64,000 nucleotides of DNA from Eubacteriales bacterium (GCA_045605175.1 JAZUPL010000010.1:420-64419), one strand, 5' to 3'; shown: positions 10,175 through 21,207, counted from the first letter of the stretch. Numbers and translations: made by a program. The notes: generated by a model from the sequence alone, not told the origin.

Positions 10175-13018
10175 TTACTTTTTCCGAGATGTCAAGCCAA
10201 GTTTTTCACGCAAGAAGACACCCGTGTAAGATTTTTCGCAGGCGGCAACCTCCTCAGGCGTTCCTGTGGCTACCACCGTTCCACCACCATCTCCACCCTC
10301 CGGACCGAGGTCAATTATATAGTCAGTGGTCTTTATCAGGTCGAGGTTATGCTCTATAACTATTACAGTATTTCCACTCTCTACAAGCCTTTGAAGTATC
10401 GCTATTAGTTTCGATACGTCCTCGGTATGAAGACCTGTCGTTGGCTCGTCAAGGATATATACCGTCTTGCCCGTGGAGCGTTTTGCAAGTTCGGTGGCAA
10501 GTTTTACCCTCTGCGCCTCGCCTCCCGAAAGCGTTGTTGACGACTGACCGATTTTGATATATCCAAGACCGACGTCAAAGAGGGTTTGAAGTTTTCTTTG
10601 TAGTTGTGGAAGTCCGTCAAAGAAGGTTATTCCCTCCTCTACCGACATTTCAAGCACGTCGTAAATGTTTTTACCCTTATACTTTACTTCAAGGGTGTCA
10701 CGGTTATATCTTTTTCCTTTACACACGTCGCACTTGACATATACGTCAGGCAGGAAGTTCATCTCTATACACTTTACGCCGTCACCTTCACACGCCTCGC
10801 ATCTGCCTCCTCTTACATTAAAGGAAAAGCGTCCTGCTTCATAACCCCGAGCCTTTGCATCTCTGGTCTTGGCAAAAAGATTACGAATATCGGTGAAAAG
10901 TCCTGTATAGGTTGCGGGGTTCGACCTTGGTGTTCTACCTATGGGGCTTTGGTCTATGTTTATAACCTTGTCAAGATGCTCGATTCCAAGTATTTCATCA
11001 ACCTCGCCCGGATAGGTTATTGCCCTGTTGAGTTCTTTTGCAAGAGTTCTATATAGCACCGAGTTGATAAGCGAGGATTTACCGCTTCCCGACACGCCCG
11101 TTACGGCAACAAAGCAACCGAGGGGGATATCCACGTTTACACTCTTCAGGTTGTTTTCCATCGCACCTCGAATAGAAATGAAAGAGCCATTTCCTCTCCT
11201 GCGCTCTCGGGGTACGTGTATAACTCGCCTGCCACTTAAGTAGTCGGCTGTTATACTCTCTTTACACTCTGCAACCTCTTCGGGTGTTCCTACTGCTACA
11301 ACCTCACCGCCGTGAATGCCTGCACCCGGGCCGATATCCACGATATAGTCTGCCTCACGCATCGTATCCTCATCGTGCTCGACCACTATCACCGAGTTGC
11401 CAAGGTCACGCAGGCGCTTCAGCGTGCCGATAAGTTTTCCGTTGTCCCTCTGGTGAAGTCCGATACTCGGCTCATCAAGGATATAAAGCACGCCGGTTAG
11501 CGCCGATCCTATCTGGGTTGCGAGCCTTATTCTCTGTGCCTCGCCTCCTGAAAGCGTTCCTGCTGTTCTTGCAAGGTTTAGATATTCAAGGCCAACGCTT
11601 ATAAGGAAGTTTAGTCTTGCTTTTATCTCTTTAAGCACGTCCTTTGCAATAACCATTTCGGTTTCGGTAAGGCTGAGAGAGTCAACAAAATCATACATTT
11701 TTTCTACCGAAAGACGGCATATTTCGTCGATATTAAGTCCACCTATGGTGACTCCAAGAACCATTGGGGAAAGTCTTCTGCCCTGGCATATAGGACAGGC
11801 GACCTCCTCGACAAACTGCTGGTAGTAGTCACCGCCCATTTGCTTCATTCGTTTTTCTATGATACGGACTATTCCCTCGTATTTTGTAACCTGTTCTCTG
11901 CCTACGCCACCAAAATATCGGGTAACCTCATAGTTTACGTCACCTGAGCCGTACATAAGGACGTCCAACTGCTCCTTACTGAACTCGTTTATCGGCGTAT
12001 CGAGGGTAAAACCGTACCTCTCTCCCACCGCCTTAATAAGCGGGCCTGTCCAAGAGTCCTCGGTCATCGACTTAAATCCGTTTGCCGCAATTGCTCCCTC
12101 TCGCAGGGAAAGGTGCTTGTGGGGGAGGAGTTTTTTTACCGATATTCTCTGCATATTTCCGATACCTGCGCACTCGGGGCAGGCACCTATGGGGTTGTTG
12201 AAGGAGAACATTCGAGGCTCAAGTTCGGGGAAGGATATTCCATGCTCCTCGCAGGCATACTTTTGGGAATATTCAAACTCCTCCTCTTTCTCGCCTGTGC
12301 GTGGAACGGTAACTATCGTCACTCTTCCGTCCGACTCACGAAGCGCGCTCTCGACCGAGTCGGAAAGACGCGAGCGAATATCCTCTTTTATCACAAGTCT
12401 ATCGACTACTATATCTACCGTGTGCTTGATATTTTTTTCAAGTTCTATGCTCTCGGAAAGGTCGTACATATTGCCGTCAACACGAACTCTTGCAAATCCG
12501 CTTTTACGTGCATCCAAAAAGACCTTTTCGTGCATTCCCTTTTGCCCCTTTACCTTGGGGGCGAGCACCATAAACCTCGTACCCTCAGGCAAGCCAAGTA
12601 TCCTATCTACTATCTGGTCGAGTGACTGTTGCTCTATAACCTTGCCACACACGGGACAATGGGGAATACCTATTCTCGCATACAATAGCCTTAAGTAGTC
12701 ATATATTTCTGTCACTGTGCCGACGGTGGACCTGGGGTTTTTGGAGGTGGTCTTCTGGTCTATGGATATAGAGGGAGAAAGTCCCTCGATTAACTCCACG
12801 TCGGGCTTGTCCATCTGCCCTATAAACATACGGGCGTAACTTGACAAACTCTCCACAAATCTTCTATGCCCCTCGGCGTACAGCGTATCAAAGGCGAGTG
12901 AGGACTTGCCACTTCCCGATAGTCCCGTAAGCACCACAAGACTGTCACGCGGTATAGTGACATCAATATTTTTCAGGTTGTTTACCCTCGCTCCCTTTAT
13001 AATTATCTCTCTTGCCAT
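10175..13018 (-). CDS. uvrA: Excinuclease ABC subunit A
   Basis: 947 aa with two ABC ATPase modules ([14 protein letters not shown]; [12 protein letters not shown]; LSGGEAQR twice) and zinc-finger Cys pairs. Confidence 0.97.
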   Translation of the reverse strand: MAREIIIKGARVNNLKNIDVTIPRDSLVVLTGLSGSGKSSLAFDTLYAEGHRRFVESLSSYARMFIGQMDKPDVELIEGLSPSISIDQKTTSKNPRSTVGTVTEIYDYLRLLYARIGIPHCPVCGKVIEQQSLDQIVDRILGLPEGTRFMVLAPKVKGQKGMHEKVFLDARKSGFARVRVDGNMYDLSESIELEKNIKHTVDIVVDRLVIKEDIRSRLSDSVESALRESDGRVTIVTVPRTGEKEEEFEYSQKYACEEHGISFPELEPRMFSFNNPIGACPECAGIGNMQRISVKKLLPHKHLSLREGAIAANGFKSMTEDSWTGPLIKAVGERYGFTLDTPINEFSKEQLDVLMYGSGDVNYEVTRYFGGVGREQVTKYEGIVRIIEKRMKQMGGDYYQQFVEEVACPICQGRRLSPMVLGVTIGGLNIDEICRLSVEKMYDFVDSLSLTETEMVIAKDVLKEIKARLNFLISVGLEYLNLARTAGTLSGGEAQRIRLATQIGSALTGVLYILDEPSIGLHQRDNGKLIGTLKRLRDLGNSVIVVEHDEDTMREADYIVDIGPGAGIHGGEVVAVGTPEEVAECKESITADYLSGRRVIHVPRERRRGNGSFISIRGAMENNLKSVNVDIPLGCFVAVTGVSGSGKSSLINSVLYRTLAKELNRAITYPGEVDEILGIEHLDKVINIDQSPIGRTPRSNPATYTGLFTDIRNLFAKTRDAKARGYEAGRFSFNVRGGRCEACEGDGVKCIEMNFLPDVYVKCDVCKGKRYNRDTLEVKYKGKNIYDVLEMSVEEGITFFDGLPQLQRKLQTLFDVGLGYIKIGQSSTTLSGGEAQRVKLATELAKRSTGKTVYILDEPTTGLHTEDVSKLIAILQRLVESGNTVIVIEHNLDLIKTTDYIIDLGPEGGDGGGTVVATGTPEEVAACEKSYTGVFLREKLGLTSRKK

Positions 13019-13019
13019 C

Positions 13020-14984
13020 TTATTTTCCGTTTCTGATTTCTTTTATCCTATCTCTGATATAAGCCGCTTGCTCAAACTCAAGACGCTTTGCAGCATCTCT
13101 CATCTCGGCGGTCAACTGCTCGATAAGTTTTTCTTTTTCGAGCCTTGAGAGTTTCTTTGCGTTATGGTCGGGCTTTGCCTTCTTGCCTATCTCAATAACT
13201 TCGCGGACGCTCTTTCTTACACTTTCGGGGGTAATGCCGTGCTCCTCGTTATATTGCATCTGTATCTTTCGACGGCGGTTGGTTTCCTCTATCGCACCAG
13301 CCATCGAGCCTGTTATTTTATCGGCATACATCACTACGTGACCGTTAATATTTCTCGCCGCACGGCCTACCGTCTGTATAAGCGAGGTTTCACTACGCAA
13401 AAAGCCCTCTTTGTCGGCGTCAAGTATTGCCACCAAGGACACCTCAGGAATGTCAAGCCCCTCACGAAGGAGGTTTATTCCAACCAAGACGTCAAACTCG
13501 CCAAGACGCAAGTCCCTGATTATCTGCATTCTCTCTATGGTTTCTACCCTGTGGTGGATATATTTTACCTTTACACCGTGGCTGGAAAGATATTCTGTCA
13601 GGTCCTCTGCCATTTTGGTGGTTAGAGTCGTGACAAGCACCTTTTCTCCCCTATCTGTGGTTTGCCTGATTTCACCGAGGAGGTCATCTACCTGCCCCTC
13701 TATCGGTCTGACTTCAATATGTGGGTCAATAAGTCCTGTGGGACGAATAATTTGCTCTACTCGGTTTGTACTCTCCTGTGCCTCATAATCTCCTGGAGTC
13801 GCACTAACGAATATCACCTGACGGATGTGCTCCTCAAACTCGTCAAAGAAAAGGGGGCGGTTGTCAAAGGCGGAGGGGAGGCGGAAACCGAAGTCGACCA
13901 GATTCTTTTTCCTTGCGTAGTCACCGCCACTCATTCCCCTGACCTGTGGTAGAGTGACGTGGGACTCGTCTATAAACATAATAAAATCATCGGGGAAGTA
14001 ATCAAGAAGTGTATAGGGTGTCGAACCCTCCGGTCTGCCCGCGAGGACACGGGAATAGTTTTCGACTCCTGAACAGAAGCCTACCTCACGGAGCATCTCT
14101 ATGTCGTATTTCGTTCTCTCCTCTATTCTCTGCGCCTCAATAAGTTTGTTCTCGGAACGGAAAAACTTTACCCTCTCCCGCATCTCGCTTTCAATCTCAC
14201 CGAGGGCAGCCTCTCTTTTTTCGTCGGACACCGCATAGTGAGTTGCAGGGAATATGGCGACATAGGAAAGATATTCCTTTGCCACACCTGTTAGGGGGTC
14301 TATCCTCGAAATTCTGTCTATCTCATCACCGAAAAACTCGACACGTATAGCGTGTTCCTTGCCCGACGAGGGGTATATCTCTACTACGTCACCTTTTATT
14401 CTGAACTTGTTGCGAATGAAGTTCATATCGTTTCTCTCGTAACTTATCCTGACCAAAGAGCGAACAAGTTCGTCGCGGGACATCTGTTGCCCCGGGCGAA
14501 GAGATATAAGCAGATTTTGATACTCCATAGGATCACCGAGGGTGTAAATGCAGGATACAGATGCAACTATTATAACATCTCGGCGCTCAAAGAGTGCACT
14601 GGTTGCACTATGCCTGAGCATATCTATCTCCTCGTTGATAAGGGCGTCCTTCTCTATATACATATCCTTGCCCGGAATGTATGCCTCGGGCTGGTAATAA
14701 TCATAGTAGGAAACAAAATACTCCACCGCATTTTCAGGGAAAAACTCGCGAAACTCGGTGCAAAGTTGGGCGGCGAGAGTCTTGTTGTGGGCGAGGACGA
14801 GGGTAGGACGGTTTAGGTTGGCTATAACGTTAGCCATAGTAAAGGTTTTGCCCGAGCCTGTAACACCGACCAGAGTCTGCGCTCGCTCGCCTGCAAGAAT
14901 ACCTTGTGTCAGGGCATCTATTGCCTGGGGTTGGTCGCCCGTGGGCTTAAAACTGCTCTTCAACTTAAAGACTCTTTCTTCCAC
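13020..14984 (-). CDS. uvrB: Excinuclease ABC subunit B
   Basis: 654 aa with [10 protein letters not shown], helicase motifs and a C-terminal UVR domain ([15 protein letters not shown]). GTG start with an AGGAGG RBS; the stop abuts the uvrA ATG. Confidence 0.97.
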   Translation of the reverse strand: MEERVFKLKSSFKPTGDQPQAIDALTQGILAGERAQTLVGVTGSGKTFTMANVIANLNRPTLVLAHNKTLAAQLCTEFREFFPENAVEYFVSYYDYYQPEAYIPGKDMYIEKDALINEEIDMLRHSATSALFERRDVIIVASVSCIYTLGDPMEYQNLLISLRPGQQMSRDELVRSLVRISYERNDMNFIRNKFRIKGDVVEIYPSSGKEHAIRVEFFGDEIDRISRIDPLTGVAKEYLSYVAIFPATHYAVSDEKREAALGEIESEMRERVKFFRSENKLIEAQRIEERTKYDIEMLREVGFCSGVENYSRVLAGRPEGSTPYTLLDYFPDDFIMFIDESHVTLPQVRGMSGGDYARKKNLVDFGFRLPSAFDNRPLFFDEFEEHIRQVIFVSATPGDYEAQESTNRVEQIIRPTGLIDPHIEVRPIEGQVDDLLGEIRQTTDRGEKVLVTTLTTKMAEDLTEYLSSHGVKVKYIHHRVETIERMQIIRDLRLGEFDVLVGINLLREGLDIPEVSLVAILDADKEGFLRSETSLIQTVGRAARNINGHVVMYADKITGSMAGAIEETNRRRKIQMQYNEEHGITPESVRKSVREVIEIGKKAKPDHNAKKLSRLEKEKLIEQLTAEMRDAAKRLEFEQAAYIRDRIKEIRNGK

Positions 14985-15243
14985 CTTTCTCGCCTCCTAT
15001 TTATCTATCTTTATTATTTTAACATAAATCGTTTTTAATGTAAATATTATTTGATGTAAATATTTTATATCGGTCTATATTTTTTGTTACTACCGATAGT
15101 TTAATCAAAAAAATAAATCACATCCATTGTTTTTATAATGATAAAAGAGGTACTATGTTTTCCATAATACCTCTGTTTGTAGAGCGTGCTAAAGCGCTCT
15201 TTTCTCTTTTTTTCAAAAAAGCCGTCTTGCTTTTATCTCTTGA

Positions 15244-15486
15244 TTATCTATGTCGTTTGCTGCTACTGCTGGAGGACACTCTGACCTTGCTTATGGTTTT
15301 GCCAATGAAGTTATCGCGGCTATGCGTCAGGTCAAGAGATGCATAATGCTCAAGGGGATATATCGGCGATTGGAGGGCTTTTTTGTATCTTCTTACAATA
15401 GCAAAGCAAACTATTGCAGCGACTATAATGCCGGCTACTACGGCGGCTATCGAAAGATAAAGTATAAATGATGCCTGTTCGCTCAT
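15244..15486 (-). CDS. Small single-pass membrane protein (last gene of the SPFH module)
   Basis: 80 aa with a strong AAGGAGG RBS, 9 nt after the upstream gene. TM FILYLSIAAVVAGIIVAAIVCFAIV, then a basic Ser-rich tail. Confidence 0.6.
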   Translation of the reverse strand: MSEQASFILYLSIAAVVAGIIVAAIVCFAIVRRYKKALQSPIYPLEHYASLDLTHSRDNFIGKTISKVRVSSSSSSKRHR

Positions 15487-15495
15487 AGCCCCTCC

Positions 15496-16572
15496 TTACA
15501 TAAACTCGCCGCCGAGTAAGAACAAACCAAGACCAAAAACCAAAGCCGCAACACCAAGCAAAATGCCTAATGCCAAGAGGAGAAGTTTTGGTATGCTTAC
15601 AGGGAGTTCGCCGTATATTTTTCCTGTCGCACCGTTCATTGCATATATGTAGGTCTTTTCCTTATTTCCACTCTTTTTTCTGTATGTCATTATCCAAATT
15701 GGCATTAAGGAATACTCCCAATGACTATTTAGAATTCCCACGTCGCATCCGTTTGGGTAAAAGGAATCATAGCCCATAACCGTTCGCCTTAAAAGAGTCG
15801 AGGCGTAGTTGTTCATTCTGCACTTAACCTCGTCGGTGAGTTGTTCTCTTTCTATGTCCCTCTTTTTGGCTACGAATCCCTGAAGATAGGGCATCGAAAA
15901 GTCCTGATACAACTCACAGGGATACGGAAGAATACCCTCAAGCATCGCCTTGTCCTCGGTGGAAATGGCAGAGGAAGTAATATCCTCGAAATGTATCCTA
16001 CCCCTACGCATTACCGAAAACGAGGAGGTTTCGGTGTATCTGTAATCGCCCGAACGCCAACTTCTAATTTTCTTGCCAATGCCTTCCATCTGCGAGTCGG
16101 TGTCGGCATCCACTACCCAGAAGGGGTAATAAATTCCCGAAATCCTGTCAAGTTGCGCAGCCGAGAAATAGTCACGGGGCACAAACCATTTTTTCTTGGC
16201 ATAGCGAAGAAACTCCTCCACTGCCTGATCCTTCTCGAACTTGAAGGGGATTATCTTGGTGGGCTTCATCATTCCCGCCACCTTGTCCGAGAGAACTATG
16301 GGGTTATGACAGTAATAGCAGAAGTCTGCTACGGTATTCTTCTCTGCCACCACCTCTGCTCCGCAGTTAGGACAGTAATATTCACTTATCTCGTCGGCAA
16401 ACTCGGCATTCTCTCGTGCCTTCTCTTCTGCTCGCTCGGCAGAGGCAGTGGCGGCAAGTTCTTCCTCGGTAAAAGCGGACATACAAAATTCACAGGAAAA
16501 CTTCTGTGTATTTGCATCAAAGAGAAGACCTGCGTCGCAGTTTGGACATTTATATGTAACGGTAGCGTCCAT
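15496..16572 (-). CDS. Double zinc-ribbon protein with C-terminal TM anchor (YdjG-like)
   Basis: 358 aa with two CxxC...CxxC ribbons (YKCPNCDAGL..FSCEFC; YYCPNCGAEV..FCYYCHNP). C-terminal TM LLLLALGILLGVAALVFGLGLFLL. Confidence 0.7.
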   Translation of the reverse strand: MDATVTYKCPNCDAGLLFDANTQKFSCEFCMSAFTEEELAATASAERAEEKARENAEFADEISEYYCPNCGAEVVAEKNTVADFCYYCHNPIVLSDKVAGMMKPTKIIPFKFEKDQAVEEFLRYAKKKWFVPRDYFSAAQLDRISGIYYPFWVVDADTDSQMEGIGKKIRSWRSGDYRYTETSSFSVMRRGRIHFEDITSSAISTEDKAMLEGILPYPCELYQDFSMPYLQGFVAKKRDIEREQLTDEVKCRMNNYASTLLRRTVMGYDSFYPNGCDVGILNSHWEYSLMPIWIMTYRKKSGNKEKTYIYAMNGATGKIYGELPVSIPKLLLLALGILLGVAALVFGLGLFLLGGEFM

Positions 16573-16605
16573 ATAGTCTTGAGCCTTTCAATGTAAAGTG
16601 TTATC

Positions 16606-17874
16606 TTATTTTCTTCTACCGCATCCGGAACAGAAGTTTGCTCCTATGGGGTTGACGTTGTTGCAGTCGGGACAGGTCCAGGTTGTAGCCTGCTGGGGCT
16701 TCCCGGAGCCACAGTTGGGGCAGAAGTTGCCTGTGCAATTCTGACCGCAGGAGCAGGTCCAACCCGCGGGAGCCTGAGGCTTGGGTTGACCGCAAGAGGT
16801 ACAAAAGTTGCCCGAATTATTTGCTCCGCAACGGCAGGTCCAACCACCTGTCTGCTGCTGAATTTGCTGCTGATTTTGCATCTGTTGACGGTTGGTTTCC
16901 GAGGCAGTTGCCATAAAGCCGCCACCTGCACCCATGCCGACACCCATACCAATAAATGCACCGGTTGCACCACCGGGATTTTCACCCGCGGCCTCCATGC
17001 CACGAGCAATAGAGCCTTGAAGATATCCCTCTCTAACATTGGGATCGCCGAGCATAGCACCACGGTTACGCATATTGATAAGTTCCTTGGACTCCTCGTC
17101 GTAGGACACACTCGCAATACCTACCGCCAAGACCTCAAATCCACGCATATCACGCCAGGAATCGTCAAGTTCGTCTGCCATATACTTGGACAGTTCACGG
17201 GATTTGCTCGCCACGTAGGAGATGCGAATACCGTCGGCACTCATCTTGTTTATAGCGGCGGTGAGAGCCTCGAGGAACTCGGACAGATACTGCTCGTTTA
17301 TAGAATTTATATCAACACGCTCTACATTCTTCGGGATAACCTCGGTGTAGAACTTAATGGGATCGGTGATTTTTACCGAATATGTACCGTGGGCACGAAG
17401 GAAAAGTTCGGAATTGTAGAAGTTGTCAAAATAGTTTACGGGGGTGCGAGTACCAAACTTTATACCCTTTATCTCCTGGAGGTTTATGAAGTACGCCTTT
17501 TGTGCATAGGAGGGCACACCACCAAACTTAACACGGCGGAAAGCGTCAAGAAGCGCTTCACCAAACTGACCGTTAAAGAGCGAGGGTGCGGCAGAATTAT
17601 CTACCTTGTAATAGCCCTCCTCGGCGGTATAGTCGATTATCTTGCCACCCTCGACAAGCATCATAAACTGTCCGGGGTAAACGTGGATTATAGAACCGTT
17701 GGAAATTGTATCCTCGGTTCCCTTTTTGTTGTTATTTCTCTTGTCATTTGCGCGCACCTTTACACCCTTGGTAAAGACGGTGCTATCGCTCATATTATCC
17801 GCCTCGAGTACCTCCTGCCACTGGTCGGCAAAAGCACCTCCTACGGCGTTAAAGAAAGCCTTAATAAGTCCCAT
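16606..17874 (-). CDS. SPFH/band-7 'virion core protein-like' protein with triple C-terminal zinc ribbons (YdjI-like, COG4260-type)
   Basis: ORF 16606..17889. The ATG at 17874 has a GGAGGA RBS, giving MGLIKAFFNAVGGAFADQWQE. A Gly-rich linker is followed by GWTCRCGANNSGNFCTSCG, GWTCSCGQNCTGNFCPNCG and WTCPDCNNVNPIGANFCSGCG. Confidence 0.8.
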   Translation of the reverse strand: MGLIKAFFNAVGGAFADQWQEVLEADNMSDSTVFTKGVKVRANDKRNNNKKGTEDTISNGSIIHVYPGQFMMLVEGGKIIDYTAEEGYYKVDNSAAPSLFNGQFGEALLDAFRRVKFGGVPSYAQKAYFINLQEIKGIKFGTRTPVNYFDNFYNSELFLRAHGTYSVKITDPIKFYTEVIPKNVERVDINSINEQYLSEFLEALTAAINKMSADGIRISYVASKSRELSKYMADELDDSWRDMRGFEVLAVGIASVSYDEESKELINMRNRGAMLGDPNVREGYLQGSIARGMEAAGENPGGATGAFIGMGVGMGAGGGFMATASETNRQQMQNQQQIQQQTGGWTCRCGANNSGNFCTSCGQPKPQAPAGWTCSCGQNCTGNFCPNCGSGKPQQATTWTCPDCNNVNPIGANFCSGCGRRK

Positions 17875-17910
17875 ATCAAAGTCCTCCAAATATAATAAAT
17901 TTTATCTAAT

Positions 17911-18384
17911 TCAGTTTGTTGGGCGAGCGCCACAACAGGGGCACTCACAGTCGAGGGAGTTTAGATTTGCTCCGCAATAGGCACACACAACATCGACGCT
18001 CTCCTCTACCTCGCTCACTATGGGAACAAGCCCCTCCTCGCCAAGATAATACCCGACTATATACTCCTTTTTCAGGCATAGGGCAAGCGTTTCGCAGGTT
18101 GCCTCCCTGCTAAGCATAGTATAGGCACTAATTTTATCGAAAGAGCGAAGCCCCTCCTCGAAGGCTTTTACACAGCGAAGTCTATCCCCCGCCCTTGCAA
18201 AAGCAAGAAAATAGAAGGTTACACCGTAAAAGCCGTGAACGACAAAGGCTATGGCAACCGCCATCGGGAAATAAGCACCTGCAAGTGCCGAAAACACTAT
18301 ACACGGAATAGAGATAACTGCAAAAACAGCGGTTAAAATACCTACTACCAACCATACCGTTCGCTCTCTGTTTGCTTTTTGCAT
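17911..18384 (-). CDS. Multi-pass membrane protein with C-terminal zinc ribbon (first gene of the SPFH module)
   Basis: ORF 17911..18390. The ATG at 18384 has a GAGGTG RBS. It has two to three N-terminal TMs and the C-terminal motif VCAYCGANLNSLDCECPCCG. Confidence 0.65.
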   Translation of the reverse strand: MQKANRERTVWLVVGILTAVFAVISIPCIVFSALAGAYFPMAVAIAFVVHGFYGVTFYFLAFARAGDRLRCVKAFEEGLRSFDKISAYTMLSREATCETLALCLKKEYIVGYYLGEEGLVPIVSEVEESVDVVCAYCGANLNSLDCECPCCGARPTN

Positions 18385-18407
18385 TTTCACACCTCGCTTT
18401 CTTTTTT

Positions 18408-18436
18408 ATTATACATTACGCTGAATAAAATGTCAA
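18408..18436 (-). promoter_or_regulatory. Consensus sigma-A promoter of the SPFH module
   Basis: The minus strand reads TTGACA-17 nt-TATAAT, about 20 nt upstream of the GAGGTG RBS. Confidence 0.6.
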
Positions 18437-18504
18437 CAATTAATATTTTAATATATTTTTGATTGTCAAACTTCACTGCGTAGCAACTTCACTTTTGCGA
18501 TAGC

Positions 18505-18567
18505 AAAAACATCACCAACAGAAAAAGAGAGAACTTTCGGCTATGAACCATCTGTTCTCTCTTTCTG
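18505..18567 (-). terminator. Intrinsic terminator downstream of yebC
   Basis: A 14-bp stem (CAGAAAGAGAGAAC / GTTCTCTCTTTTTCTG on the minus strand) is followed by a T-rich tract ending in GTTTTT. Confidence 0.6.
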
Positions 18568-18695
18568 CTTGTTATATGGGTTTGGGCTTAGCCAATTTGC
18601 GTTTGACTAGTCAAATGCGATGCTTGCACTTTTGTCAAAGTAAAAATTCTCCGCTAAGGATACCACCCAATACGGTGCTTGCTTTTTTATAAATA

Positions 18696-19421
18696 TCAGT
18701 TATCCCAGTTGTGATAAACCGCGGTTACGTCGTCGTCCTCGTTGAATTTGTCGAGCATCTTCTCCATATCAGCGATAGCCTCGGGGTCATCAATTGTGAC
18801 GTAGGTAGAGGGGACTTTAGCAAGGTCGGCGGTGTCAAGGGTGTATCCAAGACCGATTATCGCATCACGAACCGTGTCAAAATCATCAACAGAGGTGTAG
18901 ATGGTGTACTCGCCCTCGTCGCACTTGATGTCCTCTGCTCCACATTCAAGAGCGTCCTCCATAATCTTGTCCTCGTCTATCTCGCCGTCCTCATCCATAA
19001 TGGTGATAACGCCTTTTTCCTCAAACAGATAGCCTACGCATCCGTTAGTGCCAAGGTTTCCGCCATATTTCGCAAAATAGGAGCGAACCGAGCCTGCGGT
19101 ACGGTTACGGTTATCGGTAGAGGTTTCGACTATAATTGCTACACCGCAAGGTCCGTAGCCTTCATATACAATCTCCTCAAAGTTGATGTCCGAGGAATCG
19201 GTAAACTTCTTAATAGTACGTTGAATGTTCTCGTTGGGCACGTTGTTTGCCTTTGCCTTTGCTATAAGGTCGCGAAGACGAGAGTTGTTGCTCGGATCAG
19301 GTCCGCCCGCCTTGATAGCAACCGCCATTTCTTTGCCTATCTTGGTAAAGATTTTCGCTTTTGCTGCATCAGACTTTTCCTTTTTGTGCTTGATATTGTT
19401 CCATTTAGAATGTCCTGACAT
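18696..19421 (-). CDS. yebC: YebC/PmpR-family DNA-binding transcriptional regulator
   Basis: 241 aa. MSGHSKWNNIKHKK... is the diagnostic N-terminus, and the rest follows the conserved YebC layout. Confidence 0.93.
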   Translation of the reverse strand: MSGHSKWNNIKHKKEKSDAAKAKIFTKIGKEMAVAIKAGGPDPSNNSRLRDLIAKAKANNVPNENIQRTIKKFTDSSDINFEEIVYEGYGPCGVAIIVETSTDNRNRTAGSVRSYFAKYGGNLGTNGCVGYLFEEKGVITIMDEDGEIDEDKIMEDALECGAEDIKCDEGEYTIYTSVDDFDTVRDAIIGLGYTLDTADLAKVPSTYVTIDDPEAIADMEKMLDKFNEDDDVTAVYHNWDN

Positions 19422-19442
19422 ATTTATCTCCTGTTTATTATT

Positions 19443-21197
19443 TTAGATTTTATCCGGGCTTTGCATACAGATAAGATGCAAGGCGGTTTTAAGTACCTGA
19501 TTGGTCGAATAGGTGAGTGCCACACGGCTCTGACGAAGGGCGTAATCCTCACACCCGACTATCTTGCACTCGTGATAGAAACGGTTAAAGGAGGCCGCAA
19601 GGTCAAGAATGTAACGCGTGATAATACTCGGCTCGTACTCGGCAAGGGCGGAATTGACACGCTCGGGGAACATAGCAATAGTCTTTGCAAGTTCTATCTC
19701 CTCCTCGCAAAGAGGTGCGTCGCTGATACCACCGCACTCGCCCGCCTTTTCAAGCACCGAGCAGGTACGGGCATAGGTGTACTGCACATAAGGGCCTGTG
19801 TTACCGTCAAAGGCGAGGGCGTCCTCCATCATAAAGTTGATGTCCCTCATGCGGTTGTTGGAGAGGTAGTAGAATACTATCGCACCGACTCCAACCTTTT
19901 CGGCTATGGCGTGGCACTCTTTGGGGTCGGGGTGCTTTTCCTTGGTTATTTCCTCGACACGGGATATTGCCTCGGCAAAGAGGTCCTTAAGAAGTATTAC
20001 GTTACCCGTTCTTGTTGCGAGTTTTGCTCCATTTATGCTAACCATTCCATAGGGAACGTGAACAAGTTTGTCATACCAATCATAACCCATAAGTTCAACG
20101 ACCTTAAACCACTGGGCAAAGTGCAAGGACTGTGCGGCGGCGGTGACATAGATGGCCTTATCGAAGTTGTAGGTTTCTTTACGATAAACAGCGGCGGCTA
20201 TATCACGGGTAGGATAGAGGGTTGTTCCGTCGCTCTTGAGAATAAGACAGACCGGCATATTCCACTTGTCAAGGTTGACTATGGAGGCTCCGTCATCTAT
20301 TTCAAGCAAACCGAGGTCACGAAGTTTCTCTACCTGGGCGGGCATCTTGTCGGTGTAGAAACTCTCTCCCTTATAGGAGTCAAACTCTATTCCGAGAAGT
20401 TCGTAGGTCTTCTTATATTCTTCAAGGCTTACCGCAACGAACCACTTCCAAAGTTCGATGTTCTCCGCGTCGTTCTGCTCTAATTTCTTGAACTCGGCTC
20501 TTGACTTGTCGGCAAGGTCGGAGTGCTTGGGTGTGCCGTCGGGCTTGCCCTCTACACTCGCCTTTTCCTCGTCGCCTATCTCGTTGTTAATACGGACGTA
20601 GAGTTTTACAAGTTCGTCAACACCGCCTGCCTCTATCTGTTCCTTATCTCCCCAGAGTTTGTAAGCAAGGATAAGTTTACCAAACTGTGTACCCCAGTCG
20701 CCAAGATAGTTTATTCCTACACACTTATAACCTGCAAACTCGTGCAAAAGTTTAAGCGAGTGGCCTATTACGGTAGTGCCGAGGTGTCCTATATGGAAGG
20801 GCTTTGCCACGTTGGGCGAGGAGTAGTCAATGACCACCGTCTTACCATCTCCATTCATAGGCGAGCCGTATTTGTCGCCGAGAGCCACCACGTCCTCTAC
20901 CACTCTATGGGCAAAGGCAATTGGATTAATTTTGAAATTGAGATAGCCTTTAAGGGCTGTCACCGAGGAAAACTCGTCACAGGAAATGCCTGCGGCAAGG
21001 GTTTCGGCTATTTGAACAGGGGAACGGCGAAGCGCCTTTGAAAGACGGAAGCAAGGAAGTGCTATATCACCCATACTCGTGTCGGGGGGATACTCCAACA
21101 TTCCAAAAATATCCTCTGCCGAAAGGATACCCTCACCAAACTCTTTCTCGATACATTTTGCCAACATATCGGCGGTTGTTTTCTTTAGTTTAAGCAT
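19443..21197 (-). CDS. argS: Arginine--tRNA ligase
   Basis: 584 aa. Class I HIGH motif (SPNVAKPFHIGHLGTT), an MSTR-like region (KLATRTGNV) and a DALR anticodon-binding C-terminus. Confidence 0.95.
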   Translation of the reverse strand: MLKLKKTTADMLAKCIEKEFGEGILSAEDIFGMLEYPPDTSMGDIALPCFRLSKALRRSPVQIAETLAAGISCDEFSSVTALKGYLNFKINPIAFAHRVVEDVVALGDKYGSPMNGDGKTVVIDYSSPNVAKPFHIGHLGTTVIGHSLKLLHEFAGYKCVGINYLGDWGTQFGKLILAYKLWGDKEQIEAGGVDELVKLYVRINNEIGDEEKASVEGKPDGTPKHSDLADKSRAEFKKLEQNDAENIELWKWFVAVSLEEYKKTYELLGIEFDSYKGESFYTDKMPAQVEKLRDLGLLEIDDGASIVNLDKWNMPVCLILKSDGTTLYPTRDIAAAVYRKETYNFDKAIYVTAAAQSLHFAQWFKVVELMGYDWYDKLVHVPYGMVSINGAKLATRTGNVILLKDLFAEAISRVEEITKEKHPDPKECHAIAEKVGVGAIVFYYLSNNRMRDINFMMEDALAFDGNTGPYVQYTYARTCSVLEKAGECGGISDAPLCEEEIELAKTIAMFPERVNSALAEYEPSIITRYILDLAASFNRFYHECKIVGCEDYALRQSRVALTYSTNQVLKTALHLICMQSPDKI

Positions 21198-21207
21198 TTT
21201 TTTACCT

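Noticed and set aside
14985-15243. Search for an SOS (LexA) box upstream of uvrB, and for a small gene in the 260-nt AT-rich spacer.
   Set aside because: No GAAC-N4-GTTC-type palindrome was found. The region contains only two hairpin terminators for the upstream 80-aa gene plus AT-rich promoter-like DNA.
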